Positions 1 through 23,805 of a stretch of DNA of 64,000 nt are shown one piece after another (positions within the stretch are counted from its first letter, which is position 1; each line of letters begins with the position of its first letter). Source of the stretch: the human T2T-CHM13v2.0 reference genome, Homo sapiens; NCBI RefSeq assembly GCF_009914755.1, contig NC_060943.1, one strand, 5' to 3'. The translations under genes and the position numbers were made by a program. Below the pieces are notes generated by a model. The model saw only the letters and a program-made list of their open reading frames with translations, did not search any database and was not told the DNA's origin.

Positions 1-183
1 TGGGGGAGAGATTTTACTGCAACAATGGGGAGTACAAGTTCTAATTCCAGAGCAATTATATAGCCCTGAAAGTCAACATATGATGCATGAAATGGGGTAT
101 GTCCTAGGAAAAAAATTGCAGGGTTTGAAGGAACTGCTCCAAGCAGAAAGACAAAGTTCCCACCAAGGTTTAGGGTATCATTT

Positions 184-2460
184 TTGATGGTGGCCATTGT
201 TAAGCCTCCAGAAACTATACCTTTAAAATGGTTAACAGATAAGCCAATTTGGATAGAACAATGGCCGCTAAGTAAAGAAAAACTGGAGGCTTTAGGGGAC
301 TTAGTTACTGAACAATTAGAAAAAGGACACATAGCTCCAACATTTCCCCCTTGGAATTCTCCAGTCTTCGTAATTAAGAAAACATCAGGTAAACGGAGAA
401 TGTTAACTGACTTAAGAGCCATTAATTCAGTTATATAACCTATGGGGACATTACAGCCAGGACTGCCTTCTCCTGTGGATTCCAAAAAATTGGCCTTTAA
501 TTGTCATAGATTTAAAAGACTGTTTCTTTACTATCCCTTTAGCTGAGCAAGACTGTGAACGGTTTGCATTTACAATTCCTGCAATAAACAACCTGCAGCC
601 TGCTAAGCATTTTCACTGGAAAGTGTTGCCATAAGGCGTGTTAAACAGTCCAACAATTTGCCAGACTTATCAATTGAAAACATTAAATGACTTTCAAAAA
701 GTACTAAGGGATATCAACTGGATACAACCTGCTCTAGGCATTCCTACCTATGCTATGAGTAATCTGTTTTCTATCCTTAGAGGAGATCCTAGTCTCACTA
801 GGCAATTAACAAAAGAAGCTGAGGCAGAGGTACAGCTGATTGAAAAGTAAGTCCATAAAGCTCAGATAAATAGAATAGATCCAGAGAAGACTCTAGATTT
901 GCTAATTTTTTCAACTCAGCATTCACCTACTGGTGTTATTGTCCAAGAGCAGGACTTAGTAGAATGGCTTTTTCTTCCACATACTAACTCATGGACTCTT
1001 AACTCCTTATCTGGATCAAATCGCTACTATGATAGGAAATGGGAGAACTCGGATTGTTAAATTACATGGATATGATCCTGGAAAAATTATTGTCCCTCTC
1101 ACAAAGACACAAATACAGCAAGCTTTTATAAACAGTCTTACTTGGCAAACCCATTAGCTGACTTTGTGGGTATTCTCGATAATCATTTTCCTAAAAGAAA
1201 ACTATTTCAATTTTTGAAATTAACTAATTGGATTCTCCCTAAAATAACTAAATTTAAACCAATTGAAGGTACTGAAAATGTCTTCACAGATGGGTCTAGT
1301 AATGGTAAAGCTTCTTATTCCAGCTTGAAAGGTAAAGTTTTTCAGAAGCCCTGTACTTCGGCTCAAAAAGCAAGAGCTTGTAGCTGTAAGTGAGGTATTG
1401 ACTGCTTTTGATATGCCTATTAATGTGATTTCTGATTCTTTGTATGTGGTTCATTCCACACCATTAGCTGAAAATGCTCAGTTGCCATTTCATACAGATG
1501 AACAACTGATGACTTTATTTACCCAATTGCAAACAGCAGTTAGAAATAGAATACACCCTTTTTACATCACTCACACTAGGGCTCATACACCTCTTCCAGG
1601 ACCTTTAACTGAAGGGAATCAAATGGCTGATGGCCTAGTTGCTACTACAATATCTAATGCCAGACACTTTCACAATTTAACCCATGTTAATGCCTCTGGT
1701 CTCAAATGCAGATACAGCATTACCTGGAAAGAAGCTAAAGCTATTATTCAGTGATGCCCAACTTGCCAAATGGTGCATTCCTCATCTTTTATAGGAGGAG
1801 TTAATCCTCAAGGATTGGAACCTAATTCTCTTTGGCAAATGGATGTCACACATGTTCCCTCGTTTGGGAGACTAGCTTATGTACATGTATGTGTGGACAC
1901 CTTTTCTCAGTCTGACTGGGTTACATGCCAAACAGGAGAGTCTTCTGCCTGTGTTAAACGTCACCTTTTGCAGTGTTTTGCAGTGATGGGCATTCCAGCT
2001 TCTATTAAAACAGATAATGCCCCAGGCTATACTAGCCAAGCTCTAGCTACATTTTTCTCCATATGGAATATTAAACACATTATTGGCATTCCATACAATT
2101 CTCAAGGATGAGCCACAGTGGAAAGAATGAATCTGTCCCTGAAACAGCAGTTGCAAAAGCAAAAAGGGGGAAACAGGGACTACAGGACACCCCATATGCA
2201 ACTGAATCTAGAATTATTGACTTTAAATTTTTTGAGCCTGCCTAAAGGCCAGATGCTATCAGCAGCTGAACAATATCTACAGAAACCAGCTGCAAAGACA
2301 GAAGCAGAACAACTGGTTTGGTGGAGAGATCTGATAACAAAAAGTTGGGAAATAGGTAAAATAATAACTTGGGGTAGAGGTTATGCTTGTGTTTCCCCAG
2401 GATGAAATCAACAGCCAATCTGGGTGCCATTGAGACATCTAAAGCCTTACTATGAGCCAG
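184..2460 (+). pseudogene. pol: Defective HML-3 pol (RT-RNaseH-IN); RT YxDD segment deleted
   Basis: ORF fragments 184-438, 638-850, 1142-1393, 1398-1754, 1770-2111, 2118-2405. [10 protein letters not shown] is joined directly to [10 protein letters not shown]. Confidence 0.88.
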
Positions 2461-3540
2461 ATACCCAGGAAGAGGTTTTGGGAGGATCCCAAAGACTCCC
2501 TGGTTGCAGCCATGTCAAGACTGATGCTGAGGAGGACCCCAACTGTCACGAGCAACAACTGCCTGGGGACAGATCAAGAAGCTGTCACAGATGGCAGAGA
2601 AAAACCTGAGAAAAGCGGGACAACCAGTCACAATGAGTAATTTAATGATAGCTATGACAGTGGTGATCACCATTGCCATGAGTATTCCTTCAACAAGGGC
2701 TGACACAGAGAACAATTACACTTATTGGGCATATTTATCAATCTTGGCTGGCAATAATGCCTGGATGTGATCACTCTATGACACAGTTACACATGCTTTC
2801 TGGTCTCAGTATTTACCATAATAATCTGCTCCTATAATTGAGGCATACTGCCCTCAAAAAACTATTTGTAAACAGGATTGGACCTGGTCAGAAAAAATGA
2901 ACGTACTTGTTTGGGAAGATTGCATTGCAGAACAGGCAGAGGTGCTGCACAACGATTCCTATGGAGTCATTATTGATTGTTCCCCTAAGGGGATGTTTAG
3001 CTTGAATTGCACCTCTCAGTCTGCCTGCCATGGCCACACTATGTTCAGCTGGTCTGAACAAAATGGTCAGATGGTAGAAATGATAAGAAGTATGGCAAGA
3101 GTTCCTATTATCTGGAAACATGGTGGTATAGTGGCACCTCAACCTCAAATGATATGGCCTGCTGTAGGAGCTAAACATAAGGATTTGTGGAAACTATTAA
3201 TGGCTCTTAATAAGATCAAAATTTGGGAAAGGATAAAAAAGCATCTAGAAGGACACTCTAGAAACTTGGATATTGCAAAATTAAAAGAACAAATATTTAA
3301 AGCATCCCAGGCACACCTGACCTTAATGCCAGGAACTGGAGTGCTTGAAGGAGCTGCAGATGGATTAGCAGCTATTAACCCATTAAAATAGATAAAAACA
3401 CTTGGAGGCTCTGTGATTTCAATGATGATTGTGCTTTTAATCTGTGTTGTCTTTGTATAGTCTGCAGATGTGGATCCCAACTCCTGCGAGATGTAGCTCA
3501 CCATGATAAAGCCACCTTTGCTTTTATTGTCTTGCAAAAA
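2460..3540 (+). pseudogene. env: Internally deleted HML-3 env remnant (boundaries approximate)
   Basis: Signal-peptide-like segment then ENNYTYWAY; WEDCIA; TM-region IAKLKEQIFKASQAHLTL. Much shorter than a full env. Confidence 0.75.
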
Positions 3541-3555
3541 CAAAAAGGGGGAACA

Positions 3556-4021
3556 TGTTGGGGACAGGCTCCCAAATCTGGCCATAAACAAAATCTCTGC
3601 AGCACTGTGACATGTTCATGATGGCTATGATGCCCACACTGAAGGTTGTTCATTTACTGGAATGAGGGCAAGGAACACCTGGCCCACCCAGGGCGGAAAA
3701 CTGCTTAAAGGTGTTCCTAACCCACAAACAATAGTATGAGCAATCTGGGCCTTAAGGACATGTTCCTGCTGCAGATAACTAGCCAGAGCCCATCCCTTTG
3801 TTTCACATAAGGAATATTTTTAGTTAATCTATAATCTACAGAAACAATGCATATCACTGGCTTGCTGTCAATAAATGTGGGTAAATCTCTTTTCATGGCT
3901 TTCAGCTCTGAAGGCCGTCAGCCCCGATTTGCCACTCCACATTCTATTATTTCTCTGAGTGTGTCTTTAATTCCTCTAGCACCACTGGGTTAGGGTCTCC
4001 ATGACCAAGCTGGTCTTGGCA
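3556..4021 (+). mobile_element. 3' LTR of the HML-3 provirus (MER9 type)
   Basis: TG...CA ends (TGTTGGG...CTTGGCA) right after the PPT; AATAAA at ~3870. Confidence 0.85.
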
Positions 4022-4118
4022 CTTAGGCTTCAGCTGATATAGATATATGTCAGGACCAGGTATAGAATTTGCATGTCTTTCTTCCATTTGGTGAATTCTC
4101 TTGCAATTTCTGTTTTTT

Positions 4119-4228
4119 AAGGCTATAGCAACCAGTATTCCCAGGAATTCTACAAACCATGTACTAACCTGGCCTGAACCTGCTTAGCTGCTAAGATCAG
4201 GTGCATTCAGAGTGGCATGACCATATAC
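4119..4228 (-). pseudogene. 5S rRNA pseudogene
   Basis: Reverse complement aligns to 5S rRNA (GCTAAGCAGG..GGCC.GGTTAGTAC...CCTGGGAATAC) with a 10-nt internal deletion. Confidence 0.85.
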
Positions 4229-5787
4229 TCTTTTATCTTTTTTTGTTTTTTTCAATTTTGTTTTTTTGAGACAGGGTCTCACTCTGTCACTTAGTCTGGA
4301 GTGCAGTGGTATGATCATATTTCACTGTGGCTTCAATCACCTGGGCTCAAGTGATCCTCCCACCACAGCCTCCCCAGTACATAGGACTGAAGTACCATAG
4401 GAAGAACTGTGACCTAAGAAAAAACAAGTGGGACCCATGTAGATTATCTGCTCAATGTTATGGTCAAATGACTACTGCTATAAAAAACAAAATCCATTAA
4501 TCAAGAAAGTGAACTACCATTCCATGGAAGGTTCGTTACTAAGTAAAAATAAAATATGATATAAAATATCACATATCTGATATCAACTGCATAAAAAAAT
4601 GTAAAAATAAAATATACTGATAGGGATGCATACCCAGGTTATGAAACTATGAAGAAAATAAGAAAACAATAATTATCATTCGCAATACTGGCTCCATCAA
4701 TATTTTGGTTCACTGTGAAATTGTTTTATGTGTTTTGACCATATGTAATATTTTTAGTTTCTAGAGTGGAAACTCTGTGCAGAAATAACTATCAGTGCAC
4801 ATGGAAATACCAGCAACAACCTACTGAATATAATTTTTAAAAAGACAACATAGCCTGTTAAACAAATTTGTATTACAGTTAATTTTCTTTTTAAAAATGT
4901 TTTTATTATTTTTGTTTTGTTTAGGGACAGGTTCTTGCACTGTCACCCATGCTATGGTGCAGGGGCATGATGACAGCTCACTGTAGCCTTGACTTCCCAG
5001 GCTCAAGCTATCCCTACCTTCCTGAGTAGATGATAATACAGGCTCCTGCCACCACACATGGTGAATTTCTTAATTTTTGTGAAGACGGGGTCTCTTTATG
5101 TTGTCCAGGTTGGTCTCAAACTCCCGGGCTCAAGCCATTCTCCCACCTTGGCCTCCAAAAGCAATTAATTTTCTTGAAGTCCCAAAAAGTCTCAGAAAGG
5201 ATATAAAATTATTATTATCCAAAAAGTACCCATGGAAAGATATCAATGGAAAATGTAATAAATGTAAAGATGTCATATGTCCTTAAACACACACTGATTA
5301 TCACTGTGATGTAATCTCTCTGAAATACATCTAGTATTTTATTATATTCCATGAAATGCATAGGCAGGTTTGTTTTTTCATTAAAATTAAGAAAAACTAC
5401 TTCTAAACACTGAAATAGAAGACAATGACTAAGAATAGCCAGCATAAGCTGGGTGTGGTAGCTCACACCTGTAATCCCAGCACTTTGGGAGGTGGAGGTG
5501 GGCGCATCACCTGAGGTCAGGAGTTCAAGACCAGCCTAGCCAACATGGTGAAACCCCTCTCTACTAAAAATACAAAAATTAGCCTGGCATGGTGGCATGT
5601 GCCTGTAGTCCCAGCTACTCGGGAGGCTGAGGCAGGGAGAATTACTTGAACCCGGGAGGCGGAAGTTGCAGTGAGCTGAGATTGCACCACTGCACTCCAG
5701 CCTCGGTGACAGAGCAAGACTCTGTCTCAAAAAAAAAAAAAAAAAAAAAAAAAAAGCCAGGATGTTGTATAAAATATGACTAAGGGA

Positions 5788-6793
<1,006 letters not shown>

Positions 6794-7285
6794 GATAGGC
6801 ACTAGCCCTAGAATACATCACAGCTTTGAGATCTATACTAATAAAGAGAAAATGATATTAACAGAGAGATGGAAATATAGACCAATGGAGAGGGTCCATG
6901 GGTACAAAAACACAGAAAAAATGAATAAGACTAAGCATTTGCAAGCACAACAGGTTGACTATAGTAAAAAATAATATATTGTACATTTTGAAATAACTAA
7001 AAGAGCTGGGCATACTGGCTTATGCCTGTAATCCCAGCACTTTTGGAGGTGGAGGCAGGATTACTTGAGCTCAGGAATTCGAGACAAGCCTGAGCAACAT
7101 GGTGAAACCCCGTCTCTATGAAAAATACAAAAATTAGCTGGGTGTGGTGGAAAACACCTGTAGTTCTAGCTATTTGGGAAGCTGAAGCAGGAAGATCACT
7201 TGAACCTGGGAGGTGGGGGTTGCAGTGGTGTGGCTGGCTCACGCCTGTACTCCCAGCACTTTGGGAGGCTGAGGTGGGCAGATCA

Positions 7286-7558
<273 letters not shown>

Positions 7559-7733
7559 TTAAAATAGATATCAAGCCAGGCACAGTGGCTCACACCTGTA
7601 ATCCCAGCACTTTGGGATGCCAAGAAGGGGCGGATCACTTGATGTCAGGAATTCAAGATCAGCCTAGCCAGCATGGCGAAACCCCTTCTCAACTAAAAAA
7701 AATACAAAAATTAGCTGGGCGTGGTGGCAGTCA

Positions 7734-7823
<90 letters not shown>

Positions 7824-8167
7824 CTAGGCAACACAGTGAGACTCTGTCTAAAAAATAAAGTAATATCAAAAGACAAAACAGACTCTTTGTGGAAATAAGA
7901 CACGAAATCTTGGCAATACAGGAAGACCTCATCCCTACAAAAAATAACTAGCTGGGCAGAGTGGCATGCACCTGTGAGCCCAGCTACTCGGGAGGCTCAC
8001 GATGATTGCTTGAGCCCAGGAGGTCAAGGCTGTAGTGAGCTGTGATCACACCAGTACACTCCAGCCTGGGTGACAGCAAGACCCTTTAAAAAAAAAAAAA
8101 AAAAGTCCTCCATCCTGCAAAGAACTGTTTTTTTTTTTTCTTTCTCTTTTTCTTTTTTTTTTTTTGA

Positions 8168-8425
<258 letters not shown>

Positions 8426-8730
8426 TGAGCCACCACGCCTGGCCAGAACTGATATTTTGGGTACTCTTTGTAATTCACCAATCTACCATACTTTCTTGTG
8501 GAAATTATTTCATTTTTCTCCAGTTAAAATAGTAAACTTTCCCTATTTTTCTCCAGTAGCATTCCTAAAACTAGTCCCTATAACATCATTGGAAATCACC
8601 CACAACAAAAGGATACACCTGAGAAATGTACTACACTGCCCGCAGAGAAGAAAAAAACATATTAAGAAATGGAATATAAGACTAAATAGCGATTTTTTTT
8701 TTTTTTTTGAGATGGAGACTCGCCCTGTAG

Positions 8731-8997
<267 letters not shown>

Positions 8998-9244
8998 TGA
9001 AATCTACCTCTTTCTGGCCTGTGTGTAAAATTTTCTTATTTTGCAAGGTCTAGTGAAAAATGCAAATTACAATTAATAAAAAACCTGAAGCTGCAATAAG
9101 TGAACAATTATTTACAAAAAGACAAACCCACAGAGGGGCAATGCTGACTAGAAAGAACACAGTGATGTTTGACTCAAGTGTCAGGCCATCCTATCACATG
9201 GGACATTTCTCTGTGCCCATCCTGCTCACTGAAGTGCTGAGTGA

Positions 9245-9763
<519 letters not shown>

Positions 9764-9841
9764 TCACACCTGTAATCCCAGCACTTTGGGAGGCCAAGGC
9801 GGGTGGATCACAAGGTCAGGAGATCAAGACCATCCTGGCTA

Positions 9842-10063
<222 letters not shown>

Positions 10064-10477
10064 CTACAAATTGAAGAAGGAGAGTTGGTGTCTGCAAATT
10101 TTAGAAAGGAACTGAAATTTTAGTATTGTACTGCAAGCTCTCCAGAGGTAGGCCAGGGTCACAGGGTGGAGGGTTTGAGATCTCACTTCCCATATATTTG
10201 GAAAATGCAGAGAAGTACCAGTTAACTGGGGAGTGTTGAAAATTTTGAATAAGAAGTAATTAAACTTAATGCCTATAGTACTCTAAGATCTTGGCCAAGA
10301 ACATGGAAATCAAATTCAAATGCTATTCATATAAAGTACTAACTTATGTGACGGTATGTGGCCTGAGAAAACAATAACAAGTTACTAATTTATTGGGAAA
10401 TGAAATATGGGCTTAACCAGGTACAATTGGTCGAGTAACCTCTGATTATACAACCAAAAATTTTCCACTGTATGGTC

Positions 10478-11231
10478 TGTGAAAATAAGTAATTCAAAAA
10501 TTGAAGCTGTTGGAACTCTAAATTATCTTGAAGTTTAAAGTAATGTGACTCTGGAATTGAGTCACCTGACACTGGAAAGAGCCAGCTGGAACCCTCCCAC
10601 ACTTGACTACAGATTAACCATCAGACAGGCTTCACTATACCTGGACAGGCCTCATTATACCCGCTTCCTTTAGGAGTTTCCACATAGCCACTGACCCACC
10701 TTCATGTTAAAACAGACATCAGCCAACTGGAAACACAGACTCTCTGTGACAATAAGAAACCAAATTACAAACAAGACCTAAGGCCATGCAAGGCAAGAGG
10801 TAAGTCAAATCTTAGAATTCACAAAATCTAAAGAAACAGGTCTTTTGTTTTGGGTGGGATGAAATCATATGACAGATACCAGACCCTCTTCACTTAAGCA
10901 ATCCTTCCTACCGCCTCGAAGTTTTAGACAAAGCTTCACACTCTCCACCAACGGCCACCTTCAGAATCCCTCAACCACCTGCACCTTCTAACCCCCCTTC
11001 CACAGGTCCCGCCCTTTCTGCCAAAGGAACTTACACCTTTCCAGGCATTGATGCATGATTCTCCCTGCAATTCCTGTCTCCCTGAAATGAATAAAAACAG
11101 TCTTGAGCCGCCTCGGGACCACTTACTTCAGGCCTCCTGGGGTTGTGTTTTCCTCAGCTGAGGCCTCTCCTATTCGGCTCTGAATAAACTTCTTTAAGTT
11201 ATTTTACACAGCTTGGCATTTTCCGTTAACA
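10478..11231 (+). mobile_element. ERV1/MER4-group LTR in intron 1; paralogous copy at 26681-28536
   Basis: TGTG...AACA ends, AATAAA at ~11184; the same sequence, Alu-interrupted, occurs in the ZNF878 intron. Subfamily not determined. Confidence 0.55.
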
Positions 11232-11349
11232 AATTACAAGCCAGGACTGGGTGTTTATCATTCAGGAATCTCAAAGGAACTCTAATTATTAATATATTTT
11301 TTAAAACCTATTCTGAGAAGCAAAACTATAATTGTTAACGTGTCTCAGT

Positions 11350-12040
11350 TTAATTTTTAAGAGGAGAAAGGCGCTACTGGGGACCCCACAGCCCACCCTC
11401 CTCCTACACAAACCCCCACACCCGAGGCGGGATCCCCCCATGACCCTCGCGTAGTCCCCGCACAATGTGGGGAGACGCGGGGCAGCGGGCGCGGAGCTGC
11501 CCAGAGAGGGCTCTGGGAACTGGGTGACAGTCACCGCGCAGGGACAGGACGAGACGCCCGGGTCCCGGCGGCCGGCCCAGCCCCACTGTGGGGCCAAGGG
11601 GACCAAGGGCCGAGCTGTCCCACGGGAAATCGGGTCCCAGACCCCGGAGTCGCCGCGGGGAGGCCCGGGTCCCACCACAGCCGGTTCCGGCCGGTTCCAA
11701 CCAGCTCCTCCCCCGCCTCGGGACCCCTGGCCCGCACGCTCACCATTTCTTGCCTTTCAGGTGACTCCCACGACCAGTGCGGGTCACAGCACAGGCGACA
11801 GAAGCTATGGCAGAGGCACCTGAACCCTCTCGGAGGGGAAAGCCAGGCTCCCAACCTCAGCTCGCCGCCTGGAGCCGGGAACCGAGGAGAGCAGGGCCTT
11901 CGCCCTCCCCGATGGACACTCGGCAGGCCCCGCCCAGCGCCCCTGATTGGACGAAGCGCCGGGCCCCGCCCCCTCAGCCGTGAGTGACAATAGAAGCCCT
12001 TGGTAACGGGGCTCTGAAAACGGGTTTGACCGGATCCAGC
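11350..12040 (-). promoter_or_regulatory. ZNF433: CpG-island promoter/exon 1 of a minus-strand KRAB-ZNF gene
   Basis: CpG-rich; GC box-CCAAT (ATTGG 11946-11950)-GC box-TGAGTGACA (11981); paralogous to the promoters at 28.6-29.3 kb and 40.8-41.5 kb. Confidence 0.8.
11744..11746 (-). CDS. ZNF433: ATG-only coding end of exon 1; the rest of the gene lies left of the window
   Basis: AAGAAATG|GTGAGC, same architecture as the two complete paralogues. Name inferred from recalled gene order. Confidence 0.7.
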
Positions 12041-12056
12041 GATAGATTCTTTAAGC

Positions 12057-12369
12057 CAGAGGTCTGTAACCTTTTTAGCACCAGAACCGGTTTCGTGGAA
12101 GACAGTTCTCCTACGGGGGCAGATAGTTTCGGAATGAAACTTCCACCTCAGATCAGGCATTTTATCCTCATAAGGCGAACCCAACCTAGATCCCTCGCAT
12201 GTGCAGCTCACAATAGGGTTCGGGCTCCTATGACAGACTAATGCCTCTGCTGATCTGACAGGAAGCATATCTCTGGCGATAATGCCCGCTGGCTCGCCCG
12301 CCAGCCGCTCACCTCCTGCTGTGCGGACTGGTTCCTTACAGGCCATGGACCGGGGGTTGGGGACCCCTG
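12057..12369. mobile_element. MER1B-like hAT-Charlie DNA transposon
   Basis: Right TIR GGTTGGGGACCCCTG, degenerate left TIR CAGAGGTCTGTAACC, internal GGTTTCGTGGAAGAC and CAACCTAGATCCCTCGCATG. Confidence 0.75.
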
Positions 12370-12719
12370 CCATAGAGTACTGTTGAATAGAAACTTTAGC
12401 TCGTCCGGCGGTGGGCTGGGGGGGTGGGGGTAGCTCATGCCTGTAACCCCACCACTTTGGGAAGCCAAGGCAGGCAGATTGCTTGAGCCTAGGAACTTAA
12501 GCCCAGCCTGGGTAACATAGCAAAACCCCGCCTCTACAAAAAATACAAAAATTAGTCGGGCGTGGTGGTACATGTTTGCAGTCCCAGCTACTCGGAAGGC
12601 TGAAATGAGAGGATCGCCTGAGCCCAGAGAGGTCGAGGCCACAGTGAGCTGTGATTTTACCAGCCTGGATGTCAGAGTGAGACCCTGTCTCCGAAAAAAA
12701 AAAAAAAAAAAAAGACAGG

Positions 12720-18197
<5,478 letters not shown>

Positions 18198-19340
18198 CTA
18201 AGGATAGCACCTTCGAATTTGTCCCTAAGTTGTCAAAGTCTTGGACCCCCACTGAAGGAATTCCCTGGTACTTAGACACCAGATAAAGCAGAAGTGAAGA
18301 CTGCACTCTAATTATCCTCCTTTGTTTTAGGTTTCTTCCTGAAGGACTTGTGAAAAGTCACTTCCTCTACTTTTTTTTCTGCTGACCCCCAAATTTTAAA
18401 CAAAGCTTTTCTTCCCTAAGGAATTGCAAATCAGAAAATCTTTAAACTGTAAGCCCCAGCTTTAAAATATCCCACCCTTTCAAGCATAAACCAATGAGTA
18501 ATCTCCATGTATTCATTTGTTATTTTGCCTGTAGCATCTACATTCCTAAAACTTACCCCTGCTTCTAAAAATCCCTGCCTGCAATCCAGTGGGGGAGGTC
18601 AGGATTTAAGACTTTGGCTGGGCGCAGTGGCTCACGCCTATAATCCCGGCACTTTCGGAGGCTGAGGCGGGCGGATCACAAGGTCAGGAGATCAAGACCA
18701 TCCTGGCTAACATGGTGAAACCCCATCTCTACTAAAAATACAAAAAAAAAAAAAAAGACTTTATGCCTGTGTGGTCCTCCTTGATTGGGACTCTGCAATA
18801 AAAGGCTTTTTCCACATCACTTCAAACCCCAGTGTAAATGCCTGGCTTTCCAGGGCAAGGCAACTGGATCACAGTTCTGTCCTCAACCCCTGGGGCTCTG
18901 GTTGCAAGGCTGGAAATAGACAGGCTTTCTCCCACATCTTTCTCACTTTCATGTAGGAAAGAAGTAGTTTCCTTCTTTAAAATCAAAACTGTTTTATCCT
19001 CAGGATATGTACCTGCACGGACATCATAAAGTTAACTTTTCAGAATATGTTTATCAGCCAGGTAGAGTGGCTTACAGCTATAATCCTAGCACTTTTGGAA
19101 ACTAAGGTGGGAGGATTGCTCATGACTAGGTGTTCACAACCAGCCTGAGCAATGGAATGAGAACCTGTCTCTATGAAAGGAATGAAAAATGAGCTAAGAA
19201 TGGTGATACCTGTCTGTAGTCATAGCTACTCAGAAGGCTAAGGCAAGAGGATCATTTGAGCCCAAGAGTTCAAGGCTGCAGGGAACTGTGATTGCACCAC
19301 TGCACTTCAACCTGGGTGACAGAGGGACACCCTGTCTCCC

Positions 19341-19343
<3 letters not shown>

Positions 19344-19372
<29 letters not shown>
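19344..19372. repeat. (CA)n microsatellite in an Alu tail, followed by a TA-rich low-complexity tract
   Basis: Direct reading. Confidence 0.95.
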
Positions 19373-19374
<2 letters not shown>

Positions 19375-19440
19375 TACATATATACATCTATGTATGTATG
19401 TAAATATCCTATATATTTTCCTTATGCATTTTAAATATAG

Positions 19441-19963
<523 letters not shown>

Positions 19964-20011
19964 TGAGTCCCATCTAAGGACTTTACCATATTGCTTACAT
20001 CCATAGAGTTT

Positions 20012-21436
<1,425 letters not shown>

Positions 21437-21799
21437 TTATAATGGGTTTATCACTAATTTTAATTCCTTTGCAAGTATTACACTTGCATTTTTAACAGTG
21501 CCCAGCAAAGTGTAGGCTTTCTGTCCTGTCTGAACATGAATGGAACACATGCTATACAAGATGGCCTAGCCAGGCCAGGCATGGTGGCTCACGCCTGTAA
21601 TCCCAGCACTTTGGGAGGCCGAGGAGGGTGGATCATGAGGTCAGGAGATCGAGACCATCCTGGCTAACATGGTGAAACCCTGTCTCTACTAAAAAATACA
21701 AAAAATTAGCCGGGCGTGGTGGCAGGTGCCTGCAGTCCCAGCTACGGGGAGGCTGAGGCAGGAGAATAGTGTGAACCCGGGAGGCAGAGCTTACAGTGA

Positions 21800-22090
<291 letters not shown>

Positions 22091-22573
22091 TAATTTCTCG
22101 TATTTTTAGTAGAGACAGGCTTTCACCATGTTGGCCAGGATGGTCTCAATCTCTTGACCTCATGATCCACCCACCTCAGCCTTCCAAAGTGCTGGGATTA
22201 CAGGTGTGAGCCACCATGTCCAGCTTTTACATGCTATTTTAAAGTAGACTATTTTATAAATACGGTCTTTGTCTTTTTGTCTGTTTAGTTTTGAGTCAGG
22301 GTCTCACCCTGTGGCCCAGGCTGCCCTCCAGTGATGCCATCATGACTCAGTGCAACCTCAAACTCCCAGGTTCAAGCGATCTTCCATCCTGACCTCCAAA
22401 AGGGCTGGATTATACACATAAGCCATGTCACACTTTATATGTTTCTAGGGAAGCTTTTCTAAGAATAAATACATTGGAACTAGGTTTGTTTCTTATGCTT
22501 GCTTCTTTTTAACCTTTTCTTCCATTCTAAGATTGTATACAGAGACATTGTTTTCTCTTTTAAGTGCCAGTTA

Positions 22574-22678
<105 letters not shown>

Positions 22679-22790
22679 TTATTTTAAAAAGTTACTTGAT
22701 TCTATGTCCATGGCTCATTGCACCTGTGTCTCATTTATTCAAAGTATTCCCTGACCATATTCCAAATCACTCAACAGCACTGATGAGCTA

Positions 22791-23078
<288 letters not shown>

Positions 23079-23466
23079 TTATTCCATGACTTGGTCATCA
23101 GATCCCTTACTCTGTCTACACTCACTTTCTTCCATAAAACAATTTTGATGCTAGAGTTGAACTCTGGATGGGGTAAAGCAACAGCAGAATAGGAAAAATG
23201 TGTGTTTCTGGTGAGTCCAGGGAGAAAGTCGTGCTGCCTGGACTGCCCTTAATGTCCGAAGTGTGGATCTGCAGCACCTATCTTAACAAACTCCTTTGAA
23301 TTTCTGAGCAAAACAAATTTAACGTGAGCAGCCCTAAGCCTGCATATTCTTGAAAACGCCTGTTCACAAAGTTGAACCTTTGTGATGACTAGAAAGTGGG
23401 TTTTCTTCTGATTCCAGTAGCAGAAGCCAAAAACAAAAAAACTGGGTTTGGCAAGGGGCTTTATTA

Positions 23467-23805
<339 letters not shown>

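Larger units (their letters stand above)
1..3555 (+). mobile_element. HERV-K(HML-3)/HERVK9-type provirus, internal region (end of pro, pol, env), defective; 5' part lies outside the window
   Basis: Betaretroviral RT start ([28 protein letters not shown]), RNase H (FTDGSSNG), integrase (HNLTH...[23 protein letters not shown]), env remnants (2897-3391), polypurine tract AAAAAGGGGGAACA before the LTR. Many stops and frameshifts. Confidence 0.9.

Noticed and set aside
184-3391. Functional retroviral Pol or Env
   Set aside because: Multiple stops, frameshifts and large deletions, including the RT catalytic motif.
11301-12373. 280-aa and other GC-rich ORFs over the CpG islands (also 28604-29449 and 40918-41523)
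   Set aside because: Stop-poor GC-rich DNA plus MER1B; frames are not maintained between the three paralogous promoters.
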